Shown here in pieces: positions 10,504 through 19,856 of a DNA stretch of 64,000 nt. Under the pieces are notes generated by a model, which searched no databases, had not been told where the DNA came from, and was given only the letters and a program-made list of their open reading frames with translations. The DNA is taken from contig JASGHG010000001.1 in assembly GCA_047602425.1 (NCBI GenBank), forward strand, positions 1,472,001 through 1,536,000, written 5' to 3'. Each line of letters starts with the position of its first letter. Positions within the stretch are counted from its first letter, which is position 1. The position numbers and the translations under genes were made by a program. Source of the DNA: Nibricoccus sp. (lineage in GTDB: Bacteria > Verrucomicrobiota > Verrucomicrobiia > Opitutales > Opitutaceae).

Positions 10504-11055
10504 ATGGGCGTCATCACCACCGAAAGACTTTCGCTCCTGCCGATGACGCCGGAGTTTCTCGAATGCACCGCGCAGGGACGCGAGGCCGATGCGCGCAAAA
10601 CTCTCGGACTGGAAATCCCGCCGACGTGGTTCGAGCACGGTCCGTTCGCCGCCGTGCGGCTCAAACAATTGGCGGAGGGCGTCACCGCGTTGCCTTGGTT
10701 GCCGCGCGCCATCGCATTTCGTGGCGGTAGGGAAATGATCGGCTACATCGGTTTTCACACTTCGCCTGCCCCGGAATATCTCAAAGACCTTAGTCCGCAT
10801 GGCGTCGAACTCGGCTACGAGATTTTCCCGGCCTTCCGCCGCCAACGCATCGCATGGGAAGCCAGTCTTGGCTTGATGGATTGGGCGCGGTCGCAATACA
10901 GCGTGAAAAACTTCGTGGTTTCCGTGAGTCCGCAAAACGCCGCCTCGCTCTCCTTGATTGCCAAGATGGGCTTCCGCAAAATCGGCTCCCACGTCGACGA
11001 CGAAGACGGCCCGGAGGACATCTTCGAATTGGTCCTGAACGCCAAACAAGCCTGA
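10504..11055 (+). CDS. GNAT/RimJ-RimL family N-acetyltransferase
   Basis: ITTERLSL, VELGYEIFPAFRRQRIA, N.ASL.L..KMGF. Confidence 0.88.
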   Translation: MGVITTERLSLLPMTPEFLECTAQGREADARKTLGLEIPPTWFEHGPFAAVRLKQLAEGVTALPWLPRAIAFRGGREMIGYIGFHTSPAPEYLKDLSPHGVELGYEIFPAFRRQRIAWEASLGLMDWARSQYSVKNFVVSVSPQNAASLSLIAKMGFRKIGSHVDDEDGPEDIFELVLNAKQA

Positions 11056-11079
11056 CAAGCAGGACTGGCGTCAACGCGC

Positions 11080-11135
11080 TTCGTTTTCTCCGTTCCCTTC
11101 TGTTCAAATTCCCGATCATTTTAACAGGAGGAAAT
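11080..11135. repeat. Dispersed imperfect-hairpin repeat (copy 1)
   Basis: CTCCGTTCCCTTCTGTTCAAATT at 11088-11110 is identical to 15739-15761. A partial third copy lies near 14221. Confidence 0.7.
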
Positions 11136-11471
11136 AGCATCTAGCTTCACCAATCTCCCTTACACCGCTTCGGTGCTTCGTGTTCAACCGCGCCCGCATC
11201 GCTCCGACTGATTCAATGTAGAGTGTGTAAAAATTCGCGCCGCGGGCCATACCGCGGCATCGCAACCCAGCCTGTATTACCAGTGGAAATCCCTTAACTT
11301 CCAGTTAGCAAACAGCGTGCGTGTCAGGACCCTCCGGTTCCGAATCGTTCAACATATAAGCTGACTTTCAAACCGAGCTTTTCCCGCTAACGACCAAGCG
11401 ACGCAGGTCGTTTGCGATTTACTCTCCCATGCACCTTCGGCATTTTCGCTTCTCCAGTTTCATCCCGCGAG

Positions 11472-14195
11472 ATGCCCGCTATAAAATCATTTTCAGGGTC
11501 TTTGCCAAAAGATCGGAAATCTGTGGCATCCATGCCTCCGGTGGCCTCCGGCGTGAGCTGGTTGTTCTTGTTGTTCGGCCTTTTCCTCTGGCCGCTGTGT
11601 GTCCAAGCCGAGTCTGACCAGTCCGCCGTGCGCCGTCCGTTGGTGCTCACCCTTCACTCTTATTCGGCGAGTCCATGGGACAACGAACTTCAAAATGGCA
11701 TCAATCATGAACTGATCGACCCCGGCAAAATCGACATCTACGTCGACTATATGGATGCCAAGAAGCTGGAGACGCCCGAGTACCTCAACATGTTCTGCGA
11801 GGTCCTGAAGGTGAAGTACCAGCACCTCAAATTCGATCTTGTCATCGTCTGCGACGAATCGGCTTACCAATACGCCAGAACCAATCACGACCAGCTTTGG
11901 CCGGACACGCCGGTCGTTTTCTGCGGCGTCAACGAGTTCCGGCCCGCCGAATTTTCCACGCTCAAAAACATGACGGGCATCGCGGAAAACACCGAGCTCA
12001 GCGATTTCGTTGCCTCCTTTCGCACCCTCCTGCCGCGACTCAAGAAGCTCTACATCGTCCGCGACGATTCAACGTATTCGCAGGCCACGTTGCCTCGTTT
12101 GATGGAAGCCATTTCCAAGGAACTGCCGAAAATCCAGGTGGAGGAGCTGACCGATCGGCTTTCCGCCGTCGAACTCGCCAACCGGCTGGCGGGACTTCCC
12201 AAGGACTCCGCGGTTTTTTATCTCTCTTTCTGGCGGGAAAGCGGGGGCAGGATCATCAACAAAAGCGAATTGCAGCGCGTCATCCAGCAAAGCAACGCGC
12301 CCGTGTTCACCACCCATCAGAGTTTGATGGGAAATGGCGCAACCGGCATCTGCTACGTCGACGCTTTCCAGCACGGAGTTTCCACCGGCAAGATCGCCCG
12401 GCAAATTCTGGAAGGAGCCGATCCTGCCTCCATCCCAGCCACTAGGGACAAAACGCGCCAGATGGCGTTCGATCACGCCTACCTCAAACGTTACAACATC
12501 CCGCACAGCGTCCTGCCCGCCGGCAGCATCATTTTCAACGAACCATCGTCTTTCTACCAAAAATACAAAACGCTCGTCTGGGCAACCAGCCTCGTTTTCG
12601 CGCTCCTGCTGGGTTTGCTGCTCCTGCTCGCCTTTACGATGATCCAGCGTCGGCGCATCACGCTGCAATTGGCCGAAAGTGAAGAAAAATTCGCCCGCGC
12701 CTTTCACGACGCTCCCGCCGGCATGTTCATTTACGACACCGTCAGCGGTCGTTGCATCGAAATCAACGAACAGGGCCTCGCGATGCTCGGTTGCACGCGG
12801 GCCGACGCGCTCAACCAGACATGGGGGCAAATCGGCCTGCCTTCAGGCCAGTTTAGCGAAAATCCCGCGGACATGCGCGGCGATCAGGAGATAAAAATCC
12901 AAAGGAACGATGGCCGAACCATCTTCTGCACCCATTCCTCGCACGCCATCAAGATCGGCGGACGCGAACGCCTGCTCGTGATCCTCGTCGACATCACGTC
13001 CCACAAGCACGCCGAGGCGGAGCGCAAGAAACTGCAGACTCAGCTCAACCAATCGCAAAAAATGGAGTTGATCGGACGGCTCGCCGGCGGCGTCGCCCAT
13101 GACTTCAACAACATGCTGACGGCGATCCAGATCAACGCCACCGAGGCGAAGCAGTCCGCCATCCAGGGCAAGCCGGCCTCCGGCAACCTCGATGAAATCG
13201 TCAACTGCGCCCAACGTTCCGCCGCGCTCACCCAGCGCCTTCTCGCCTTCGCCCGGAAACAACCCATCACCCCAAAAATTCTCGACCTCAATCAGACCGT
13301 CGAAAGTTCGCTCGGCATGATCAAGCGCTTGATCGGCGAAAAAATCGAAATCGAATGGAACCCCCGCGCCGACCTCTGGCCGGCCAAACTCGATCCAAAC
13401 CAAATCGACCAGATCCTCACCAACCTTTGCGTCAACGCCCGCGACGCCATCGCCGAAAATGGACGAATCATCATCTCCACCCTAAACGCAAAATTCGACG
13501 ACGACTACTGCCAGCGCAATCCCGATTACCTCAAGGGCGAGTTCGTCCGCCTGATGGTGCGGGACACCGGCTGTGGCATGAGCCGCGAGATCCGCGAGCA
13601 CATTTTCGAACCTTTCTTCACCACTAAAGAAGTTGGCAAGGGCACCGGGCTCGGACTTCCCACCGTCTACGGCATTGTGCAGCAAAACAACGGCTTCATC
13701 CTCGTCGACAGCGACGTCGGCCGCGGGACGACCATCCGTATTTATCTGCCATGCCATGCCGCCGCCGAAGCGACAACTGAAAATAAGAGCCGCCATCCCT
13801 CTCCCGTTCGCGGCGGACATGAGACGATCCTCCTCGTGGAGGATGAACCCAGCATTTTGCAAATTACCGAGAACGCGCTGCGAAATCTCGGGTACACGGT
13901 GATCGCCGCCAACACGCCTAAAGAGGCTCTGCGCCTCGCCGAGCAGCACTCGCGACGCATCGATCTCCTGGTCACCGACGTTGTCATGCCCGGCATGAAT
14001 GGACGCGAGTTGGAAGCCCAAGTGTTGAAGAAACACTCCCACATCAAATCTCTCTTCATTTCCGGCTACACTCCCGAAGTGATCATGCATGAAGGCATCC
14101 TCAACAAAGGAGTTAACTTCCTGCCCAAGCCCTTCACGGTCGAGGATATTGCCCGCGCCATCCGCGAAGTCCTCGGCGAACTCAGCGCCGTCTAA
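11472..14195 (+). CDS. Hybrid sensor histidine kinase (ABC-substrate-binding-like sensor, PAS, HisKA, HATPase, REC)
   Basis: H-box GGVAHDFNN, NLCVNARDA, DTGCGM, FEPFFTTK..GKGTGLGL, REC ILLVEDE...LLVTDVVMPGMNG. Start uncertain (11472 or 11532). Confidence 0.92.
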   Translation: MPAIKSFSGSLPKDRKSVASMPPVASGVSWLFLLFGLFLWPLCVQAESDQSAVRRPLVLTLHSYSASPWDNELQNGINHELIDPGKIDIYVDYMDAKKLETPEYLNMFCEVLKVKYQHLKFDLVIVCDESAYQYARTNHDQLWPDTPVVFCGVNEFRPAEFSTLKNMTGIAENTELSDFVASFRTLLPRLKKLYIVRDDSTYSQATLPRLMEAISKELPKIQVEELTDRLSAVELANRLAGLPKDSAVFYLSFWRESGGRIINKSELQRVIQQSNAPVFTTHQSLMGNGATGICYVDAFQHGVSTGKIARQILEGADPASIPATRDKTRQMAFDHAYLKRYNIPHSVLPAGSIIFNEPSSFYQKYKTLVWATSLVFALLLGLLLLLAFTMIQRRRITLQLAESEEKFARAFHDAPAGMFIYDTVSGRCIEINEQGLAMLGCTRADALNQTWGQIGLPSGQFSENPADMRGDQEIKIQRNDGRTIFCTHSSHAIKIGGRERLLVILVDITSHKHAEAERKKLQTQLNQSQKMELIGRLAGGVAHDFNNMLTAIQINATEAKQSAIQGKPASGNLDEIVNCAQRSAALTQRLLAFARKQPITPKILDLNQTVESSLGMIKRLIGEKIEIEWNPRADLWPAKLDPNQIDQILTNLCVNARDAIAENGRIIISTLNAKFDDDYCQRNPDYLKGEFVRLMVRDTGCGMSREIREHIFEPFFTTKEVGKGTGLGLPTVYGIVQQNNGFILVDSDVGRGTTIRIYLPCHAAAEATTENKSRHPSPVRGGHETILLVEDEPSILQITENALRNLGYTVIAANTPKEALRLAEQHSRRIDLLVTDVVMPGMNGRELEAQVLKKHSHIKSLFISGYTPEVIMHEGILNKGVNFLPKPFTVEDIARAIREVLGELSAV

Positions 14196-14297
14196 CCCTA
14201 TTCTTTCGGTAAAATTTAAACCGATCTATTTCACAGGAGAAAACTGAGCGAGCTGAGTAAAGATCCTCGGGGCAAGCCCCGAGGCATTGCCGAAATT

Positions 14298-14356
14298 GTA
14301 GGAGCGGCTTTACGCCGCGATTTTTCCGAACCATCGCGGGATAAACCCGCTCCTAC
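14298..14356. repeat. GTAG-type REP doublet nested in another palindromic element
   Basis: GTAGGAGCGGCTTTACGCCGCGA ... TCGCGGGATAAACCCGCTCCTAC, preceded by the CCTCGGGGCAAGCCCCGAGG hairpin at 14265-14284. Confidence 0.75.
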
Positions 14357-14670
14357 AACTCACCAAGCCGAAGCGAACTCCGGGGCATTTGGACCCACAG
14401 GGAGTCAAATTTCAAGGCCCCTCGTGCTGTGGTGAAATCTTCACGTTCACGAGATCCGAAATACTCTTCTTTAGCCTCCTCGGATTCTTCGCCAAAAGGA
14501 ACCTTTGCAGAATTTCCTCGAACGATGGTTAAAACCGACCAAGCTCATACGCACAAACTCCATGGCGAAAGTTTCCCTCAAAGTTTCCGACCAGCGTTGC
14601 CCTGGAACTCGTCATCGATCCTAGAAAACCGCTCCCCGATATTCACGAACTCGCGAAAACGCTCATGCGT

Positions 14671-15141
14671 ATGAAAAACCTGCTCTGGTTTCTTTTCCTC
14701 ATCAGTTTGGTACCGGCAAATGTCTCGCTCGCCTCCGATGCTTCCGCGAACGGGACCGCCGCCGATCCCGATGCGACCGCAAAAACCAAGGCCCTTTCCG
14801 CCGCTCGTTCACTTTGCCCTGACTATTTTGGAAAGCGGTATCAAGCCGTGGGCGAAACGCTCAAATGCAGCCTGCAATTCGAAAATCCCACCGCGGTGGA
14901 AGGCTGGCCCGGCCGTTGGAGGATGCGAGGGACCGCCACCCTCGCCCATTACCGGGATCCGGCCGTGGATCAAAGCCTGGTCACGCGTGAACAGGAGATC
15001 CAGAACAACCCGAACCTCACAACCCGCCAAAAAAAGAGCCGGATCGACAGCCTGTACTTCATCCGCTCGGAAATCGTCGAATTCGAAGTCGAAGTCTCAA
15101 ACCTCGACACCACTCCCGACATCAGCATGACCGTCCGTTAA
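14671..15141 (+). CDS. Hypothetical secreted protein
   Basis: Signal peptide MKNLLWFLFLISLVPANVSLA. No recognised domain. Confidence 0.7.
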   Translation: MKNLLWFLFLISLVPANVSLASDASANGTAADPDATAKTKALSAARSLCPDYFGKRYQAVGETLKCSLQFENPTAVEGWPGRWRMRGTATLAHYRDPAVDQSLVTREQEIQNNPNLTTRQKKSRIDSLYFIRSEIVEFEVEVSNLDTTPDISMTVR

Positions 15142-15206
15142 AACGTATGGGGTTAAATCGACATAGGTGATCCCAAGGCAAAAATTTTCCACAAGCTGAA
15201 ACAAAA

Positions 15207-15665
15207 ATGAAAAAACTCCTTCTTCTTTCCGCTTTCGCGATCGTCCTTTCCGGCTGCATGTCGACAGTCTCTCCGGGCACATCGCGCATCTGGGAAGAGC
15301 GTGCCGTGACTCATGCAAACCATACTCAAGGGTTGGAGCTAAAAGAGCCGTTGAACTGGTTCGCGAAGGAATTCTTCGATCGCTACGATGTTTTCCTTCC
15401 CGCGGGGAAATACGTTTTGGAATCGGAAGACGCCGACTACCTCTATTTCGGAGCGCCAGAGAAAGTCGGTTATGTCGTCGCAAAGTCGGGCGTGGCTCCG
15501 GACAGCCGGCAACTCGCAGGCGGCATCTTCCTCGCCAAAGCGGATCGCTCGCCCTACCCGGCCGGCGCCTACATCGAGTGGGAAGGCGGCAAACGACTCC
15601 TGCTGATGCGATTCGACTTCGCGTTCACTTCCCAAAAAGGCAAGCGATGGTTTCTCACCCCATAA
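15207..15665 (+). CDS. Hypothetical lipoprotein
   Basis: Lipobox MKKLLLLSAFAIVLSGC. Confidence 0.75.
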   Translation: MKKLLLLSAFAIVLSGCMSTVSPGTSRIWEERAVTHANHTQGLELKEPLNWFAKEFFDRYDVFLPAGKYVLESEDADYLYFGAPEKVGYVVAKSGVAPDSRQLAGGIFLAKADRSPYPAGAYIEWEGGKRLLLMRFDFAFTSQKGKRWFLTP

Positions 15666-15730
15666 CCCAGCCGTCCGCCCAAAGGCGTAGCGCAAGAGCG
15701 TGACACAACCTTAGCAAAAAAAATCGTCGT

Positions 15731-15800
15731 TTCGTTTCCTCCGTTCCCTTCTGTTCAAATTTTCCGATCTATTTTATAGGAAGAAACTGAGAAAGCAGAG
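15731..15800. repeat. Dispersed imperfect-hairpin repeat (copy 2)
   Basis: Shares 23 identical nt with 11088-11110. Confidence 0.7.
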
Positions 15801-15923
15801 TCAGGTTGCGCATGGTCCTTTGCATATGAAAACTCGCGCCCGATACTTGTTTTTGATCTTTTGGTTTCATTTTTTTCCAGTGCATCTGCACCCTCAAAAG
15901 ATTCTGCGCCTGACCACCTATCC

Positions 15924-16757
15924 ATGAAACCCCTGCTTGCCTTTTTCGCCCTGCTCGGAGCTCTCGGCCTGACCCGTGGCGAAACAATTGATCCCTACAC
16001 GAGCAAGCCGCATGTGGATTTCCACATTTTCGGTTCCGGTAAAACTCAGTTGCTCGTCGTCGGCGATTCCCGACTGCGGAATTCTTCGCAAGATTTTTGG
16101 AATTCCACTTTCGGATCCACTGGTTGGGGCGAATGCCTGGGCAAAGTGGAGGCATTGAAGTCATATCGGATCGTCAATTGCGGTATCGGCGGCACGAGCC
16201 TTCGTTCCTATATCAATCGCGGTTATTGGAATCGGGTGCTGGCGTTGGTGAAAACAGAAGACATCGTGATCTTCTATTTCGCGGGAAATGACCTTCGTCC
16301 AATCGAGGATCAGAAGCGAAGCTGCGGCGAACTGCACGGTCTCGGCGACAAAAGCACAACCATCTACAATCCCTATCTTAAGTGCGACGAAACGGTGCTG
16401 ACTTATGGCGCGTACTACAACCGGGTCATATCCGAAGTGAAAAAGGCGGGAGCGATTCCCTACATTTGCACGTATTTCTCAGGACAGTTGTGGAAAGACG
16501 GACAGCATCAGCCGGGACCTTCGCACATGGTCAACGCATGGATTCATCTCATCGCGACCGAAAATCAGGTGAAGCTCGTGGATTTGTATACATTGATGGA
16601 ACGGGAACTGGCCGTGCGCGGAGAAAAAAAGAGCGCGGAGCTCTTCGTAAAAGACGGTTTCCACACCAGCTCCAAAGGCGCCTTGCTGGTGGCCAACTTG
16701 ATCGGCGATATCGTCAGCAACAACCGCTTCACCGAACCAGTTCCTCCTCAACCCTGA
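15924..16757 (+). CDS. SGNH/GDSL esterase, rhamnogalacturonan acetylesterase-like
   Basis: Signal peptide, VGDS, GWGE, N.GIGG.S.RSY, F.GND, DGFHT...GA. Confidence 0.85.
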   Translation: MKPLLAFFALLGALGLTRGETIDPYTSKPHVDFHIFGSGKTQLLVVGDSRLRNSSQDFWNSTFGSTGWGECLGKVEALKSYRIVNCGIGGTSLRSYINRGYWNRVLALVKTEDIVIFYFAGNDLRPIEDQKRSCGELHGLGDKSTTIYNPYLKCDETVLTYGAYYNRVISEVKKAGAIPYICTYFSGQLWKDGQHQPGPSHMVNAWIHLIATENQVKLVDLYTLMERELAVRGEKKSAELFVKDGFHTSSKGALLVANLIGDIVSNNRFTEPVPPQP

Positions 16758-16973
16758 TTTCCACGGCTCAGCAAAGTTCGGCCTTCTTATCCCAAACTTT
16801 CAACGGCCGTCTCAGCTCCAATAGTTTGGTTGCCGTCGCTTACATCCATGAACCGGCGCGAGCCCAAAAGGATTTTTTTTGTCAGGAATCGCCCGCCCCT
16901 GTCGCGTTACCCGCACCTCCCTTCGTTGTGTCCGATTGAGCCCTTCCAGTCGCGAATGAAATACTTTGTGGCC

Positions 16974-17372
16974 GGTGTTTGAGAAAACGAGACCGGGTAT
17001 TAACGGCAGTCAGCCGGTGTTTATTCCTTCGAAAGCGGGCAAAAGTCTTTGGAAACTGGGTATTGATGCTTGGAATCAGGGTTTTGGTCTTTCGAAACGG
17101 AGTTTTAGTCTTTGGACGGAGGGTTTTGGTCCTTTGAACGAGGGTTTTGATCCTTCGAAGTCGGGTATTGATCTTTGTTGACCGGGTTTTGGTTGTTGGA
17201 AGCCGGGTAAAAGGAGTTGTTCGACGGGTTTTGATCTTTGGAAGCTGGGTTTTGGTCCTTGGAAAGCGGGTTTTGGTCTTTCGAAGACGGGTAAAAGTAA
17301 TTTTTCAGCGGGTTTCAGTTCTTGGAGACAGAGTTTTGATCGTTGCTGACGGATTTCCCGTCATCGGAGACC
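16974..17372. repeat. Degenerate tandem array, 21-nt period, ~18-19 units
   Basis: Units such as GGGTTTTGGTCTTTCGAAACG, GGGTTTTGATCCTTCGAAGTC and GGGTTTTGGTCCTTGGAAAGC start every 21 nt (16974, 16995 ... 17079 ...) with no indels. Confidence 0.85.
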
Positions 17373-17776
17373 GGAATGAACGCACCGAAACCAGACATCA
17401 GCGCTCAGGCACCGGCATTCACCACTAATCTGGAGCCAAGGAGCCCAAAACCGCCCGCCAAACGATCTGTGCCGCCAACGAACAGCCTTTCCCCTCGCCT
17501 TTTGCCCGAAATTTGTACCAATCAGGTCATACCTGACGCGCGGCGGTACAACGACGGCCCTTTCAGCAAAAGATTCAACCCGCCCGCCCTACCTAACATC
17601 CAGCAACTTTTAACTGCAGTTGAGCTTTCCGCGGAAAAAAAACACCCCGCAAAACATCAACCCAACCAATCCGCCCCTACCCTTGAAATACTTCCACAAA
17701 AATTCCCCCGCTTTCCGCCCTCCGGCAAAAGCTCAACTCAGTTGGTACGAATAACACTGTTCGGCAAAAAAAGAAT

Positions 17777-18175
17777 ATGGCGTGGCAAACGTATCCTAAT
17801 CGTTCTTTCGTTCCCGACGAAAATAGTGCGTACGTTGTTAGTGCCCGGGTGCGACGCACTATTGCCGTGCTTGAGTTAGTTCGCTCGTTCGTAGGTATAG
17901 GTCTAGTCATTTGCTTGATGTTTGTTTGCCTCATCGTGTACGTACTTTTCCGCCCTTCCGAAGTGTTTTGGTATGCCGCGTCGGCAGCAATCTTCGCTGT
18001 TCTTATTGGCCTCGTATCGCAGCTCCCGTTGTTGCAGAAAGCACCGCTTAAGTGTTCGCGATGCGGCGCTCGTATGTCGCGTGAGCTACATCCGATAGGC
18101 GGTGAAACCTCGGTGTTCTATGTGTGCCAGAATTGTCGGTGTTATGTTGACGTCGAGAGCACATCGACAAATTGA
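17777..18175 (+). CDS. Cassette ORF: two-TM membrane protein with a C-terminal zinc ribbon
   Basis: Two hydrophobic helices, then CSRC...CQNC. Visibly lower GC. Preceded by GTTCGGC (17759-17765) and followed by GCCGAAC (18190-18196). Confidence 0.75.
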   Translation: MAWQTYPNRSFVPDENSAYVVSARVRRTIAVLELVRSFVGIGLVICLMFVCLIVYVLFRPSEVFWYAASAAIFAVLIGLVSQLPLLQKAPLKCSRCGARMSRELHPIGGETSVFYVCQNCRCYVDVESTSTN

Positions 18176-18227
18176 AGTGACATGAATCAGCCGAACCAGC
18201 CGCTCCCCTTTAGGTAAAATCAAGGGG

Positions 18228-18590
18228 TAAGTTTGATTTTGCCGTCAGGGGGGAGAGGGGCGAGTCCGAGAATGGGCCTCCAGCTCGTCGGAGGACGAGC
18301 CCCGGGGGGCAGGATGTAGCAGGTGGTTTTGGTTACATGAGATGGATATGGTTTTGGCGCTTTAACCAGGAGCCCGGTCCTCCGCGACGATCCCCATGAG
18401 TTGGTCCAGCTTTTGAGGGCTGGCCCGGACGATACTTAAAGGGCGGTAAGACCGGGAGGCCCGCCGTCGGGGCTTTAAAACATACAGTTGAGCATCAGCG
18501 AGGCTGTGCGGAACGGCTGGTGGCCCTCAAGCGGCGGGTTTCCCGGAAAAGCAAAAGTTAATGTCGGCTAAAATAGATCAAGGAAGTGGT
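18228..18590 (-). ncRNA. Candidate IS1111-type bridge/seekRNA region
   Basis: ORF-free region downstream of the transposase, where IS1111 elements encode their guide RNA. RNA boundaries are not determined. Confidence 0.55.
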
Positions 18591-19856
18591 TTAGGCGGCG
18601 GAGCGGAAAACGCGCTTCGGGTCGAAGGGTTGGGGCGAGCGTTCAAGGCCGTGGAGCAGTTTGAGGAACTTGCGGGCGACCGCGGTCATGGCTTTGCCGC
18701 CGCACATGCCGGTGTCGCGTTTGGCGTGGTAGTATTGCCCGTAGAGTTGTCCGTGCACGACGCGTTTGAGGACGGCTTGGGCGAGGACGTGGCGCAGGCG
18801 GGCGCGGCCGCGTTTGGCTTGGCGGAGTTGGCCTTGCATGGTGCCGCTTTGGCGGGGCCGCAGGTTGAGCCCGCCGTAGCGCCAGAGTTGGCGCACGTGG
18901 GCAAAGTCCCGGAGCGGTCCGGTCTCGGCGAGGACACGGGCGAGCATGAAGGGGCTGATCAGGTCGGGATGGGCTTGCAGGCGGGTGGCGCCGCGGGCGC
19001 GCAGGCGTTCGACCAGGGCGATCATTTGCTGGCGGGTGTTGGTTCGGCGGGTGCGCAGCACGGTGAGTTCGGCAAAGAGGGCGCGCAGGTCCTCGGCGAG
19101 CAGGGCCAGCCAGTCGGGGTCGGAGTCGATCAGGGCGCAGCGCTGGGCGTCGGCGAAGAGTCGCTGGATGGTCTTTGGGCCAACGTGGTGGTTGCGCAGT
19201 TTGGCGGTGCAGCGTTCCAGGCCGTCGGCGAGGATCGCGGCGGCGTTCAGGCCGTAGAGTGCGATCGTGGCTTGGGCGGCGCGGCCTTCGAAGAGCCAGT
19301 CGTTTTTAAAGCTCAATTCGGGGAAGAGCGAGAGGAGCAGTTTATGAATCCTGTTTTTACAGCGGGTGGAGTCGCGTTCGAGCCGGTCGTAGCGGGCGTT
19401 GAGTTCGCGCAGGAGCAGCCACTCGCCTTGGAGGGGACGATCGGTCAGGGTTTTGTTCCATTTGGCCAATAGTAAAATCGTGCGGGGATCTTTGATGTCG
19501 CTTTTGCCGGTATCGTTGTTCTCGACCACTTGCATCTGGTGGACGGCTTCGCCGTTGACCAAGGCGGTGGCGCAGCCGAGTTGGCGGGCCGCGCGCAGCA
19601 GGCGCCGTTCGTATCCGCCGGTGGGTTCGCAGAGGATGCGCACGCCGCCAAGGCCGTGCTGGCGGGCGTGGGTGTTGAGTTGTTCCAGCCATGAGAGGAT
19701 GGCCTCATTGCGATTGGCGATATGGCCTTGGTGCGCCTGGGCCCCGAGTTCACCGTACCAGTCCAGTGCTTTTTGCCCAACGTCGACGGCGATATCCCAG
19801 CGAGTTTCCGGTTGCCCGGAGTGCGTTCTGCCATTAAGTGCTTTGTTCGTTATCAT
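18591..19856 (-). CDS. IS110 family DEDD transposase/recombinase
   Basis: AVDVG (D), CEPTGGY (E), KSDIKD (D..D) and C-terminal GLN...RQSG...KRGRARLR. Confidence 0.95.
   Translation of the reverse strand: MITNKALNGRTHSGQPETRWDIAVDVGQKALDWYGELGAQAHQGHIANRNEAILSWLEQLNTHARQHGLGGVRILCEPTGGYERRLLRAARQLGCATALVNGEAVHQMQVVENNDTGKSDIKDPRTILLLAKWNKTLTDRPLQGEWLLLRELNARYDRLERDSTRCKNRIHKLLLSLFPELSFKNDWLFEGRAAQATIALYGLNAAAILADGLERCTAKLRNHHVGPKTIQRLFADAQRCALIDSDPDWLALLAEDLRALFAELTVLRTRRTNTRQQMIALVERLRARGATRLQAHPDLISPFMLARVLAETGPLRDFAHVRQLWRYGGLNLRPRQSGTMQGQLRQAKRGRARLRHVLAQAVLKRVVHGQLYGQYYHAKRDTGMCGGKAMTAVARKFLKLLHGLERSPQPFDPKRVFRSAA

Noticed and set aside
16974..17372. CRISPR array interpretation of the 21-nt arrays (also 36211-36504)
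   Set aside because: The period is too short, there is no identical repeat with unique spacers, and no cas genes are present.
17400..17590. Possible integron integrase remnant upstream of the attI-like site
   Set aside because: I recognised no tyrosine-recombinase motifs by eye. A blastx search would be needed.
18561..19472. 303-aa plus-strand ORF inside the IS
   Set aside because: It is an antisense shadow of the IS110 transposase.
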